64,000 nt of DNA from an archaeon (GTDB taxonomy: Archaea; Nanobdellota; Nanobdellia; Woesearchaeales; JBDRAZ01): positions 3,592-67,591 of the forward strand of contig JBDRAZ010000038.1 of the NCBI GenBank assembly GCA_043823195.1, written 5' to 3'. A model generated the notes under the pieces. That model was not told where the DNA came from. It did no database searches and worked only from the letters and a program-made list of their open reading frames with translations. Position numbers and translations under genes: made by a program. Below are positions 28,162 through 37,240 of the stretch, one piece after another. Position 1 is the stretch's first letter, and every line of letters begins with the position of its first letter.

Positions 28162-29460
28162 TTGTATAATAACAACAAAACCGGCTATCTAATGAGGTGG
28201 GGATTGATGGGTAATACATATAACTTATTGTTTTGTCTAATTTGCCTGATATTTCTTGCTGGGTGCAACCTGGTTGCGCCCCAGAATGCACAGGTGTGCA
28301 TTCCCCCTGAAAAGGCAGAGGAGCTTGGGCTGATCAACTCAACCCAGCCCGCGATAGCGAACATAGTCTTTCCTGATGAGTTGGTCGTTGGGGGTTCCGG
28401 GGACCAATTGCCCCCTCCGGCTGAAACAGAGCTGCCGGCAAACCCCGCAACCGGAGAATCGGGATCAGACCTCCCGAAGAAGATGGTCATGGAGGGAGAG
28501 CTGGTGAGTTTCCCTAATCTAGCCAGTACTGATGAAGATGGGGATGAGATCACATACACATTTTCAGAGCCACTTGATGAGAAAGGTGAATGGAAGACCC
28601 GGATCGGCGATGCAGGCGAATACAGGGTCAGAATCACTGCCTCTGACGGCAAGACGCTCACTGCCCAGGACATACTAATCATCGTACAGGAATCAAACCT
28701 TCCTCCGGAAATAGATGTTGAGACTGAAATCACGGTACTTGAGGGGGGGACAGTAATAATTGATCCCATCGTCGAAGACCCCGAGGGCGATGAAGTGGTT
28801 GTCAGCTATTCGGGATGGATGACTTCAAGCGCCAGGAACACAACGTATGAGGATGCAGGGGAGTACAACGTAACGATATCTGCAAGCGACGGCACAAACA
28901 CGGTGGAAAGGAACGTGAAGATCATTGTCCAGAACGTGAACAGGCCGCCGGTTATCAATGAGCTTGGAAAACTGACTGTGCAAGAGGGCGAGTCTGTATC
29001 AGTCAGCTCAGTAGCAGTTGACCCCGACGGAGATGAGCTTAGTGTCTCCTATGCGGAGCCGCTGGATGAGAATGGAGAGTGGCAGACTAAGAAGGGCGAC
29101 AAGGGATCCTATTCAATCGACATCACAGTCTCTGACGGCAATGCCGAGGTTACCAAGGTGCTTTTCGTCGATGTGCTCAGTTCAAATCTCCCGCCGGTGA
29201 TTGAAAGCATCAGGGTTAACAGCATATCCCTTGCGAACAGGAATGACAGGGAAACAGCAGCCATCACCACTACAGCCAGCGACCCGGAGGGCGAAAATAT
29301 TACAATAAAGTACAGCGGATGGATGACAGAGGCAACGAGAACTGTCGGCTGGGAAGACGGGGGCGAGCATGCTGTAACAGTGACAGTCTCTGACGGAGAG
29401 AACGAGGTCGAACAGGATGTTATCGTCTCGGTTAACAGGGCACCCCAGATTATTATTTAA
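28162..29460 (+). CDS. surface lipoprotein with four tandem ~80-aa cadherin-like/Ig-like repeats
   Basis: Lipobox-like FLAGC. Repeats of the pattern DPDGDx(V/L)xxSYxEPLDExGEWxTxxGDxGxYxxxIT(A/V)SDGxxxxxxxxIIVQxxNxPPxI are present. Confidence 0.5.
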   Translation: MYNNNKTGYLMRWGLMGNTYNLLFCLICLIFLAGCNLVAPQNAQVCIPPEKAEELGLINSTQPAIANIVFPDELVVGGSGDQLPPPAETELPANPATGESGSDLPKKMVMEGELVSFPNLASTDEDGDEITYTFSEPLDEKGEWKTRIGDAGEYRVRITASDGKTLTAQDILIIVQESNLPPEIDVETEITVLEGGTVIIDPIVEDPEGDEVVVSYSGWMTSSARNTTYEDAGEYNVTISASDGTNTVERNVKIIVQNVNRPPVINELGKLTVQEGESVSVSSVAVDPDGDELSVSYAEPLDENGEWQTKKGDKGSYSIDITVSDGNAEVTKVLFVDVLSSNLPPVIESIRVNSISLANRNDRETAAITTTASDPEGENITIKYSGWMTEATRTVGWEDGGEHAVTVTVSDGENEVEQDVIVSVNRAPQIII

Positions 29461-29470
29461 TTTTCTTTAT

Positions 29471-30478
29471 TTAATTTTCTGATTTTCTTAATTCTCTTAT
29501 GTTATCAATATCCTCGATGCCCTCTGCAATATTAATCCGTATCTTGGGTCCGAAGTGCCGGGTCAGGCGCCCTTCAAGAGCCGCTAACATGACATCGAAG
29601 TAACCCCAGCGGGCAGGCCTTCCAAGGATGGCTATTGAGCTGTACCTTAAAACGGTATTATATAAGATCTTAGCAAGGCTTTTCCTTCCGTCGGGCCCAG
29701 CTACCCTGCTGAAGTATCGTATTGATTTGAGCGGATGATCCTTGATCTTTCTCATGCTCCAAGCTTCCACAGCACGTTTAAGAGACCCTACAACTGCCTC
29801 AGCGCGGAATGAATGCACATCTCCCAACCGGACTGCGAGATCTGCAGAAAACACCAAACCAGGACGCCACAATTCGCTTCTGCCGTGATAGTTGTCTGAC
29901 CTGGTCCGTACCAGCGTGTAATAGAAGTCCGCCGGGGAACCGTACATTTTAGCCTCTGCAGAAATCCTGCCCCGAACCTGGCGTAAATGGGTTTCTATGG
30001 TTGTGCCTGATATTCGCGGAATATCGCATCCGGAGGCCAGGACCCAATCAGAGGGGGATCTTTGATTGCTGTATGCTGCAGCGCTCAGTGTGTTTCTAAT
30101 GAGGGCGCGCGAATCATTCCCGTCTGTAGGTGCCGGCCGGCCGTCAGACCCGAGCTCATAATCCAGGCAATGCTGGTGCCTCTCAGGTACAATCCGCCTA
30201 TAAAGTCCGTCTGACTCATCGCAGATATGAACATCAAACCGAGACAGCTCGGCCTGCAGGCTATCCTCAAGCCGCTTCTTCGGACCGCAGACATAGATGC
30301 TGTCAACATACGGGCCAAATTGTTCTATGACATGGGCAAGCATTGGCCGGCCGCCATAAGGAACAAGCCCTTTGCAGGCTTCTGTGACCTGACTCCCGCA
30401 GCGTTCATAAGCTATGAATCGCTCCGGATTGAAGTAGGTCCCCGATGGTATAACCAAAGGCAATTTCGGTTCAGGCAT
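29471..30478 (-). CDS. putative nucleotidyltransferase (MobA-like NTP-transferase N-terminal domain) with C-terminal extension
   Basis: The N-terminus LPLVIPSGTYFNPERF...GLVPYGGRPMLAHVIE resembles NTP_transf_3. The function of the remaining 200 aa is unknown. Confidence 0.35.
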   Translation of the reverse strand: MPEPKLPLVIPSGTYFNPERFIAYERCGSQVTEACKGLVPYGGRPMLAHVIEQFGPYVDSIYVCGPKKRLEDSLQAELSRFDVHICDESDGLYRRIVPERHQHCLDYELGSDGRPAPTDGNDSRALIRNTLSAAAYSNQRSPSDWVLASGCDIPRISGTTIETHLRQVRGRISAEAKMYGSPADFYYTLVRTRSDNYHGRSELWRPGLVFSADLAVRLGDVHSFRAEAVVGSLKRAVEAWSMRKIKDHPLKSIRYFSRVAGPDGRKSLAKILYNTVLRYSSIAILGRPARWGYFDVMLAALEGRLTRHFGPKIRINIAEGIEDIDNIRELRKSEN

Positions 30479-30521
30479 GACCGTGGTATTGCCCAGAATC
30501 TTAAAAATTTTTCTATTGCAT

Positions 30522-31784
30522 TTAAATGAACTGGCTAAGGGCTGTCTGGGGCCCTGCGGCAGGCGTCTTCCTTAATTTACAGGCACTTTCATCAAACACC
30601 GGAAATCCGTATTCGCCGTCATATCCCGGCTTAACTGTGATCTTTCCGGCACGGTTCTTCATTATTGCGTCAACAAGCTTTTCATCTGTCAGCTTCAGGA
30701 GTTCATCCGGGGACGCATTTAGGACAGCATCGTATTCAGACCCAAACGGCCTGACAATCTCATTGTAGGCCTTCCAGGTTTTTTGCGTTGCCACACCGCT
30801 CCCAATTACAGCAGAAATGATTTCCGAGAGGGGGATTATGGATTTGAATGGCACGGCACCCCGGGGCTTCTGACCCAGTGGCCTGTCGGCAAGCTCATCA
30901 ACCCGATGCAAAACACCGATAGTTAGCGGCCGCCTGCAGACAGGACAGATGTTATTCTTTTCTATCGCATCCCTGGGCTCGAGGCTTATGTTGCAGGCCC
31001 GATGCCCGTCAAAGTGGTACTTGCCGTATCCCGGATCAACCTCAATTGTCTCGGTCAGGCCCTCCTTTGTTTTCAGGGCCTTTAGGAGTGCAGCATAATC
31101 CAGCTGCGGCAGGTCAAAGATATTGCATTCTCGCCCTATCCTCCATGGCCAGAAGCTGTGGAGGTCAGAGTTTGAGACCAGGGTGTACTTATCGAGCGCG
31201 GAAAGGCGCCAGTTCATTTCCGGATCACTCGAAAGGCCGGTCTCAAGCGCATGGATATGCTTTGCCTGGTCGCCAAAGCATTCTTCAACAGAGGCAAACC
31301 CTGATTTTGACCCAAAGAGTCCGAACCAGGGTGTCCAGACGTGGGCAGGTATAATCTCGATATCTGCGTCAATCCCCTTCATAAGCTCAACAAATGCAGG
31401 GCAGCTCATACCGAAAATTGGCCGGCCGTCATAATCAGTTCTCCCTATCTTCCGGAGTTCGGTATTGACCTGTTCAACAACCTCAAAGCTTTTTGCCAGC
31501 ATGACCACATGGACTTTTCTTCCCCTGCCCCCCTGGGAATACATAAGAGAAACCTCTGACTGCAGCACAAAGGGAAAGCCTGATTTTGTTTTGAGTATCC
31601 CGCTTCCGTCTTCAGTTAGATTTGCCTTAAGCTCATCAAGCCATCTCGGATGGGTAAAGTCGCCGGTAGCAAGCAGGTTAAGCCCCTTGACTCTTGCGTA
31701 TTTCTCAAGGTTAGCTACGTTAAGCTCCCCGGAAGTTGCCCGGCTGTATTTGGAATGGATATGCAGATCAGCTATAACCCTCAT
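30522..31784 (-). CDS. PHP (polymerase/histidinol phosphatase) domain phosphoesterase
   Basis: The N-terminus MRVIADLHIHSKYSRATSG is a PHP-domain signature. There is an internal CPVCRRP zinc-finger-like segment. Confidence 0.6.
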   Translation of the reverse strand: MRVIADLHIHSKYSRATSGELNVANLEKYARVKGLNLLATGDFTHPRWLDELKANLTEDGSGILKTKSGFPFVLQSEVSLMYSQGGRGRKVHVVMLAKSFEVVEQVNTELRKIGRTDYDGRPIFGMSCPAFVELMKGIDADIEIIPAHVWTPWFGLFGSKSGFASVEECFGDQAKHIHALETGLSSDPEMNWRLSALDKYTLVSNSDLHSFWPWRIGRECNIFDLPQLDYAALLKALKTKEGLTETIEVDPGYGKYHFDGHRACNISLEPRDAIEKNNICPVCRRPLTIGVLHRVDELADRPLGQKPRGAVPFKSIIPLSEIISAVIGSGVATQKTWKAYNEIVRPFGSEYDAVLNASPDELLKLTDEKLVDAIMKNRAGKITVKPGYDGEYGFPVFDESACKLRKTPAAGPQTALSQFI

Positions 31785-31968
31785 TTACGGCCATCAGATG
31801 CATCCAGTATAAAAAACTTTTTGGTTATGCAAAAGCCAATACTCTCAATTCGCAGAAATCGGAATATTCTGGCATGTTAGGAGGCCTTGCTTCCAGACTG
31901 GCCGGAGATGCAGGCCCGCGGGGTCGACCTACATCCAGAGATATAGCCGGTTATATGGGGGAGTCAGG

Positions 31969-32598
31969 TCATATCTCAATGACATCCATGGATTTTATCG
32001 CGCGGTCCACCAGAGCGTTAATATCCATTGAGTTTTCGTCCTGCACAAGATCCTCAGGCAGGACATTTGTTTTCGGCCTTTTTGGTACCACGACACAGCA
32101 TAGCCCCGGTTCTGAGGAAATTTCAAAGGTCCCTATCTGTTTTGCCAGTTCCACTGTCTCGTTTTTGTCACATGTCAGGAGGGGCCTCAGTATCGGAATC
32201 TTTACCGACTGTGATGCAGTGGTCAGGTTTGTAAGGGTCTGCGATGCTACCTGGCCAAGGTTCTCACCTGTTACAAGGCAATCGCATCTTTTGCCGGCAG
32301 CAACCCTTTCAGCTGTCCGCAGCATGATTCTCCTGCATAATACGCACTGGTTTCTGCGGTTTGCCGTCTTGATTATCTGCGCCTGGTTTTCGCCATGCTT
32401 TACTATGTAGAGCCTGCAGGGCTTTTTGGAGTGTCTCTTAAGAGCCTTAATCAGCCTTATTGTCTTGTCAACACCAGAGCCATCTGTAAACGGCTGGTTG
32501 TCAAAGTGAATATAATCCAGAGACACCCCAAGCTTAAGCATGACATAGGATGCAACCGGGCTATCTATCCCTGAGCTTATAAGGCTTAACCCCCTCAT
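31969..32598 (-). CDS. ThiI-like PP-loop ATP pyrophosphatase domain protein (no THUMP domain)
   Basis: MRGLSLISSGIDSPVASYVMLKLG matches the ThiI PP-loop (LLSGGIDSPVAAY). A CxxC pair CVLCRR...CDC is present. Start overlaps the stop of the ThiF-like gene. Confidence 0.55.
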   Translation of the reverse strand: MRGLSLISSGIDSPVASYVMLKLGVSLDYIHFDNQPFTDGSGVDKTIRLIKALKRHSKKPCRLYIVKHGENQAQIIKTANRRNQCVLCRRIMLRTAERVAAGKRCDCLVTGENLGQVASQTLTNLTTASQSVKIPILRPLLTCDKNETVELAKQIGTFEISSEPGLCCVVVPKRPKTNVLPEDLVQDENSMDINALVDRAIKSMDVIEI

Positions 32599-33545
32599 TT
32601 TCCCGCCTCATAAATGCGCTTGGCTATCTCTTCGATTCTGCATTTGTCTTCCAGCGTCTTGAAGAGAAGCTCGCCATAGTTGTGGACAATGATCTCATCA
32701 GCCTCTTTTATTACCAATAATATTGGCGTATCTGCCACGACCGTGAATTTATTTCTGATCTGGTCAAGATCCAGCTGAATGTTCCTTTTCGGCTTAACTG
32801 AGTAGGCTGCCTTTGTCTTGCATTTCTGAATGGTGAAACCCAAATCCCCTGATCTGGTACAGGCAGGGCAATTTGGATTCTTTGGCACATGTATTGTCCG
32901 GAATTCATTCCTCCATATATCGCAGCGAATCAGCATGCCGGCCTTTTCTCCCACCAGCACCTTTATTGCCTCAGCTGCCTGCAATGCGCCGGTGGCTGCC
33001 GCAGCGGCATTGAGAATCCCTGTGTCATTGCAGGCATGGTCCCTTTTGTCTGTGTACATGCACTCAAGGCACGGACCCTCAGGCAAAACTGTGTACACCA
33101 GGCCGACAGTCCCGGCGCAGGCCGCATAGACGAGGGGTATCTTTTTTTGCCTGCAATAATCATTCAGGACCCTTGATGTGGCAAGATTATCGGTGCAGTC
33201 CAGAATCAGGTCTCCCCAAAGAATGCCAGCATTGTCTGACGTTATGTTGCTCTCGTGCGCTATGACCCTTACACCGGAGTTTACCTTCATCAGGCGCCTC
33301 CTGGCTGCCGAAACCTTTGGCTTTCCAATATCGTCTTCAGTGAAAAGCGTTTGCCGCTGCAGATTTGAAGGCTCTACCATGTCCCGGTCTATCAGCGCCA
33401 GGGACCCTATACCGGCCCTGGCGAGGAGTTCAGCACAGATTGTCCCCAGCGCACCGACTCCAACAATGGAGACCGAGCGTTTTTCAATTATCCTCTGCCC
33501 CTTTTTTCCGATTTGGGGGAGTTTGATGTGTCCGGAGTAGCGCAT
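32595..33545 (-). CDS. ThiF/MoeB/HesA-family E1-like adenylyltransferase with ~100-aa C-terminal extension
   Basis: SVSIVGVGALGTICAELLARAGIGSLALIDRDMVEPSNLQRQ is the Rossmann/ATP motif. Cysteine-rich CxxC pairs are present. Start chosen at MRYSGHIK. Confidence 0.7.
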   Translation of the reverse strand: MRYSGHIKLPQIGKKGQRIIEKRSVSIVGVGALGTICAELLARAGIGSLALIDRDMVEPSNLQRQTLFTEDDIGKPKVSAARRRLMKVNSGVRVIAHESNITSDNAGILWGDLILDCTDNLATSRVLNDYCRQKKIPLVYAACAGTVGLVYTVLPEGPCLECMYTDKRDHACNDTGILNAAAAATGALQAAEAIKVLVGEKAGMLIRCDIWRNEFRTIHVPKNPNCPACTRSGDLGFTIQKCKTKAAYSVKPKRNIQLDLDQIRNKFTVVADTPILLVIKEADEIIVHNYGELLFKTLEDKCRIEEIAKRIYEAGK

Positions 33546-33679
33546 GGCCGGAGGTTTGATGGTTACTGTTATAAAGATTTCGCAGCAAAGTTTATAAACA
33601 AACCAAATACACCATAGGATTGGAGATGTGGGTAGTTGCTCACCTGAATCCATAAGTTGAGTAATAATGGAGGCTAAAA

Positions 33680-34180
33680 ATGGGATTATACAAATATATC
33701 AGGGACCTTTGGAAAAAGCCGAAGGACATTGAATTATGGAAACAGCGGTTGGTTGAGTGGAGGCGGGAGCCAAGCACCGTCAGGGTGTTGCGTCCAACAC
33801 GAATCGACCGGGCTCGTTCTCTTGGATACCGTGCAAAGCCCGGGTTTATTGTTGTCAGGCAGCGGGTAATGCGGGGCGGCCGGAAGAGGGAGACCTTCAA
33901 GAGCGGACGCCGGTCCAAGCACCGCGGCATGCGAAAGGTCATTACCAAAAACTACAGGCAGGTAGCTGAGGAGCGCACACAGAAGAAATTCAGGAATTGT
34001 GAAGTGCTGAACTCATATTGGGTTGCACAGGATGGCAAATACTACTGGTTTGAGGTCATCCTGCTGGACAGGGCGCACCCTGCCATTCTTGCTGACAAAC
34101 AAATCAACTGGATCACCCAGAAAAAAGGAAGGGTGTTCCGGGGCCTTACAAGAGCAGGAAAGAAATCCCAGAGATCATAA
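33680..34180 (+). CDS. rpl15e: 50S ribosomal protein L15e
   Basis: [15 protein letters not shown]...RLVEWRREP is the canonical L15e N-terminus. Confidence 0.9.
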   Translation: MGLYKYIRDLWKKPKDIELWKQRLVEWRREPSTVRVLRPTRIDRARSLGYRAKPGFIVVRQRVMRGGRKRETFKSGRRSKHRGMRKVITKNYRQVAEERTQKKFRNCEVLNSYWVAQDGKYYWFEVILLDRAHPAILADKQINWITQKKGRVFRGLTRAGKKSQRS

Positions 34181-34354
34181 ATCCCCGCCGAGATCCTTTC
34201 TCAGCTGCAGGTCATCCCTGGTCACCTCGTTAAGCAGGTCTTGCGCTGTCTTAACGGGCGCTAAGGTGCCGGGGGCTCCGCAGTAGGGACAGTTCTTGGG
34301 GATCTTGTTTTTTTCAATCTCATATTTGCATTTGGTGCATCTGAATTTGGCCAT
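34175..34354 (-). CDS. 59-aa zinc-ribbon protein (below ORF-track size cutoff)
   Basis: My own translation of the minus strand gives [59 protein letters not shown]. It carries two CxxC pairs and overlaps the L15e stop by 6 nt. Confidence 0.35.
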   Translation of the reverse strand: MAKFRCTKCKYEIEKNKIPKNCPYCGAPGTLAPVKTAQDLLNEVTRDDLQLRKDLGGDL

Positions 34355-34441
34355 AGCCGTTATAGCAAATTTGTAAGTATTTATAGTTTTCCAAGGATTT
34401 GCTCAAGAAAGTTTATATAGAATACCAACTCATGACTACTC

Positions 34442-34795
34442 ATGAAGAGATACGAAAAGGACAGGCTGATCATAACTGCATTCATAGTAATAGCGGTCAC
34501 CAGCATCCTGCTTTATTCAGACAGGGCTGAGTCTGATATCGTTGTGAAGAAGCTGCTTTTTAGTGATATCAACAGCTCGCATTTCTGCATAAGGTTCACA
34601 GTTGAGAATCACAGAAACATGAATGCCAACTGCACGACATGGATTCATCTTGAAAATAATGAACATCGGCAGCTGCTCACACATCCCGTAGGTGTCATCT
34701 CTGCAAAAGGGGACGAATCATACGGAATCATTGCCTCAATGCCCCCGGGAAACACGGATACGTCAGTGTATGTAAACTGCAGTTGGTTTGCATGA
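34442..34795 (+). CDS. membrane-anchored hypothetical protein
   Basis: N-terminal TM helix IITAFIVIAVTSILLY. Confidence 0.3.
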   Translation: MKRYEKDRLIITAFIVIAVTSILLYSDRAESDIVVKKLLFSDINSSHFCIRFTVENHRNMNANCTTWIHLENNEHRQLLTHPVGVISAKGDESYGIIASMPPGNTDTSVYVNCSWFA

Positions 34796-36009
34796 TATAC
34801 TGCACCATGTTTTCAAGCCTCACGCTGCCCACGGGGGCACACCATTACTATTCCGGGGTTTCCCGGCTGCTCAGCGGATTCGGGACGGGCATTGCCTTCA
34901 GCAAAATACTCGGGATGAGGCCACAGAGGCAGGACACGGTCCTTGCTAACATCGGCCCGTTCGGATTCATTTACCACTATCTCCGGCAGAGGCATAACCT
35001 GCATTTCAGGATTGTAAGGGATGTCCAGGCGCCCCTGCTCTCAAGCTATCTCTTCTGCGAAAACATATGCTCGACCCTAATGGAAGACTATGATGCTGTC
35101 CTGTTCCCCTCAGAGTATGCAAGGCAATTGTACATCAGACTGTTCCCGCGGCTCAACTGCAATAATACGTTTGTCTGCTATCCCATTCTGCACAGGTTTC
35201 CGGAACAGCAAACACGGCACAGGACCCGGCGGAAGACAATAGGCTGCATCGGGAGGCTCAGCGAAGACAAGAACATTGACCAGCTGCTTGAGGCATTTTT
35301 CGGCATGAATGATTTTGACCTGGTTCTGTGCGGGCATCAGGTCCAGCCATACCTGAAAGAGAATATAGTCAGGATGATGCGGAACAGGGGCCTTGAGGAA
35401 AGCAGGATAGAATTCACAGAGACCAGCAGCATATGGGAAATCCTGGACCGGATAGACATATTGGCATTTCCGTCAACATCATCAGTGGAGAGCCTGGGAA
35501 GAGTCATTATGGAAGCCAGCCACATGGGCATTCCTGTGGTCGCCGCAAACCATGCCGCATCACCGGAACTGCTGCCCGGGAGCAATCTCCTGCATGTTGC
35601 ATATAATAACGGGCCGGTCAGCCTGGAAAACCCGAAGCCGTTGGGGACCGTCTCGGTTGAAGAGCTCAGGGACAAGCTGAAGACCTCTCAGGCCATTGGA
35701 AGCAATGACTATTATCATGACCATGATGCCAAGCTGAAATGCATCCTGGACGGCAGCTGCAGGCCAGATGAAGCCAGGGACCTCGACAGGGAGGTAGTGA
35801 GATTTATTGAGGCTGCCAGGGTGCGCCTGAATGACTACCGCATCCCGGCAAGAGAGGCGGTAAAGGCTGCAGTTGCGCATCTGTCAGCCGGCAATTATGC
35901 TGATTTTGCAAAGACCGGCTATGAGATAGCTGAGGGGCTCAACTACAGGCCCTATCTGACACTTGCGCTGGATTTGCCAGGGGATCTAGAGCAGAATAGG
36001 AGCCGCTGA
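34783..36009 (+). CDS. glycosyltransferase family 4-like
   Basis: The C-terminal region SVESLGRVIMEASHMGIPVVAANHAASPELL resembles the GT1/GT4 EX7E nucleotide-sugar binding motif. The true start may be downstream. Confidence 0.5.
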   Translation: MVCMIYCTMFSSLTLPTGAHHYYSGVSRLLSGFGTGIAFSKILGMRPQRQDTVLANIGPFGFIYHYLRQRHNLHFRIVRDVQAPLLSSYLFCENICSTLMEDYDAVLFPSEYARQLYIRLFPRLNCNNTFVCYPILHRFPEQQTRHRTRRKTIGCIGRLSEDKNIDQLLEAFFGMNDFDLVLCGHQVQPYLKENIVRMMRNRGLEESRIEFTETSSIWEILDRIDILAFPSTSSVESLGRVIMEASHMGIPVVAANHAASPELLPGSNLLHVAYNNGPVSLENPKPLGTVSVEELRDKLKTSQAIGSNDYYHDHDAKLKCILDGSCRPDEARDLDREVVRFIEAARVRLNDYRIPAREAVKAAVAHLSAGNYADFAKTGYEIAEGLNYRPYLTLALDLPGDLEQNRSR

Positions 36010-36967
36010 TGAGCCAGGCAGAATACCTGAGCCCTGACATGCACTCCTCCAGATAGGGGCATTGCCTGCACCCGTCTGCCACAATCTCAAGGCTCCTCAG
36101 CTGGCGCATTGCTTCTGTGTGCCAGGCATTGTATATTGAATCGCTGAGTGCACTGCCCAGGTCCTTTTTGATAAAATAGCTGGGATGGATCCGCCCCCTT
36201 GCATCTACTGCCAGAAGGCTCCTTCCGTCATCATTTATGCCCCCCACAAGCACAGACCTGCTCATCTCTATTTCAGCTGCACAATAGGGCACGGCGTTTG
36301 CTATCTGGACATGGATTTTGTATTTATTGTTCAGGCTCCAGATCCTCCTGATTGCTGTTCGGGCATCATCCTGCGACCAGGGATGGGGGTTCGTCTCCGT
36401 CGGAACCGGGCGCAGCAGGAACCAATCTGCAGGAATCTGCGAGAAGATCTGATAATAGCTTTCGAGGGTCTTGATATTCCCTGTTGTGAGGATGGTGCAG
36501 AAGCTGGCCCTGTAGCCGCTGCGCCCCACAAGGCTGATCTTGCCCTCATCAATATTATGGAAGGAAACCAGAATCTCATCAGCCAGGCCGAGAGCCGGAT
36601 TCTTGACGGTTGCATTCGTGTTCAGTATGACATAGAGGCCTTTCTTCCTTGCGTATTTTATTATCTCAGGCAGGTCTTCTCTCAGGCAGGGCTCGCCGCC
36701 GGTGATCCGTATAGCCTTAACATGAGAATCAGCTATGTTGTCGATAATCCTGATGGCACCTGTTTTCGAGATGTCCGGATACCTTTCAGGGGCGAAGCAG
36801 AAGGCGCAATCCAGGTTGCATCGGGTCGTGATCTGGAGCTTGACCTCTTCCGGAACATCGTATTCAGGGCTGGCCCGCCCAATCGTACCTGAACACCCAT
36901 GCAGGTGCCTGCAGGACATGCAGCCAAGATGCTTGGCAGAACCAGTGGAAAAGCAGAGTGGTTTCAT
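35939..36967 (-). CDS. radical SAM enzyme with SPASM/twitch-type C-terminal Fe-S domain (HxsC-like paired maturase candidate)
   Basis: TTRCNLDCAFCF is the CxxxCxxC motif. ITGGEPCL is the SAM-binding motif. C-terminal DGCRQCPYLEEC is present. The start codon overlaps the stop of the upstream 70-aa ORF. Confidence 0.75.
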   Translation of the reverse strand: MKPLCFSTGSAKHLGCMSCRHLHGCSGTIGRASPEYDVPEEVKLQITTRCNLDCAFCFAPERYPDISKTGAIRIIDNIADSHVKAIRITGGEPCLREDLPEIIKYARKKGLYVILNTNATVKNPALGLADEILVSFHNIDEGKISLVGRSGYRASFCTILTTGNIKTLESYYQIFSQIPADWFLLRPVPTETNPHPWSQDDARTAIRRIWSLNNKYKIHVQIANAVPYCAAEIEMSRSVLVGGINDDGRSLLAVDARGRIHPSYFIKKDLGSALSDSIYNAWHTEAMRQLRSLEIVADGCRQCPYLEECMSGLRYSAWLISGSYSALDPLANPAQVSDRACS

Positions 36968-37179
36968 CAGTAGTGCGTATGCGACCCGACAGCGGTATTG
37001 CCTGATTTTGCAACAGTAACTACGCCCGCCTTAACGCTTTTAGAGGCAAGGGCCGCAGCAACGGCAGCCGTCCCGATGAATGCGCCGACCGTCACCATGG
37101 ATTGCTTTGATATCTTGCCCTTTTCTGACTTGACATATGCTGCAAGTTTCTTTTTGATTCTGGGCAGAGTAGTTCTCAA
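36967..37179 (-). CDS. 70-aa peptide encoded between the two radical SAM genes (candidate substrate/precursor)
   Basis: Sequence is MRTTLPRIKKKLAAYVKSEKGKISKQSMVTVGAFIGTAAVAAALASKSVKAGVVTVAKSGNTAVGSHTHY. Its stop overlaps the downstream radical SAM start and it is on the same strand as both radical SAM genes. Confidence 0.4.
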   Translation of the reverse strand: MRTTLPRIKKKLAAYVKSEKGKISKQSMVTVGAFIGTAAVAAALASKSVKAGVVTVAKSGNTAVGSHTHY

Positions 37180-37240
37180 ACTATTTCACTCCTTTTTTCC
37201 AACCTAAAACCGCTGCTTGAAATATTTAAATGTTTCCCTT

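Noticed and set aside
36967-37179. The 70-aa ORF as a canonical HxsA His-Xaa-Ser repeat peptide.
   Set aside because: It has only one S-H-T-H segment and no HxS repeat array. It is retained as a divergent candidate substrate instead.
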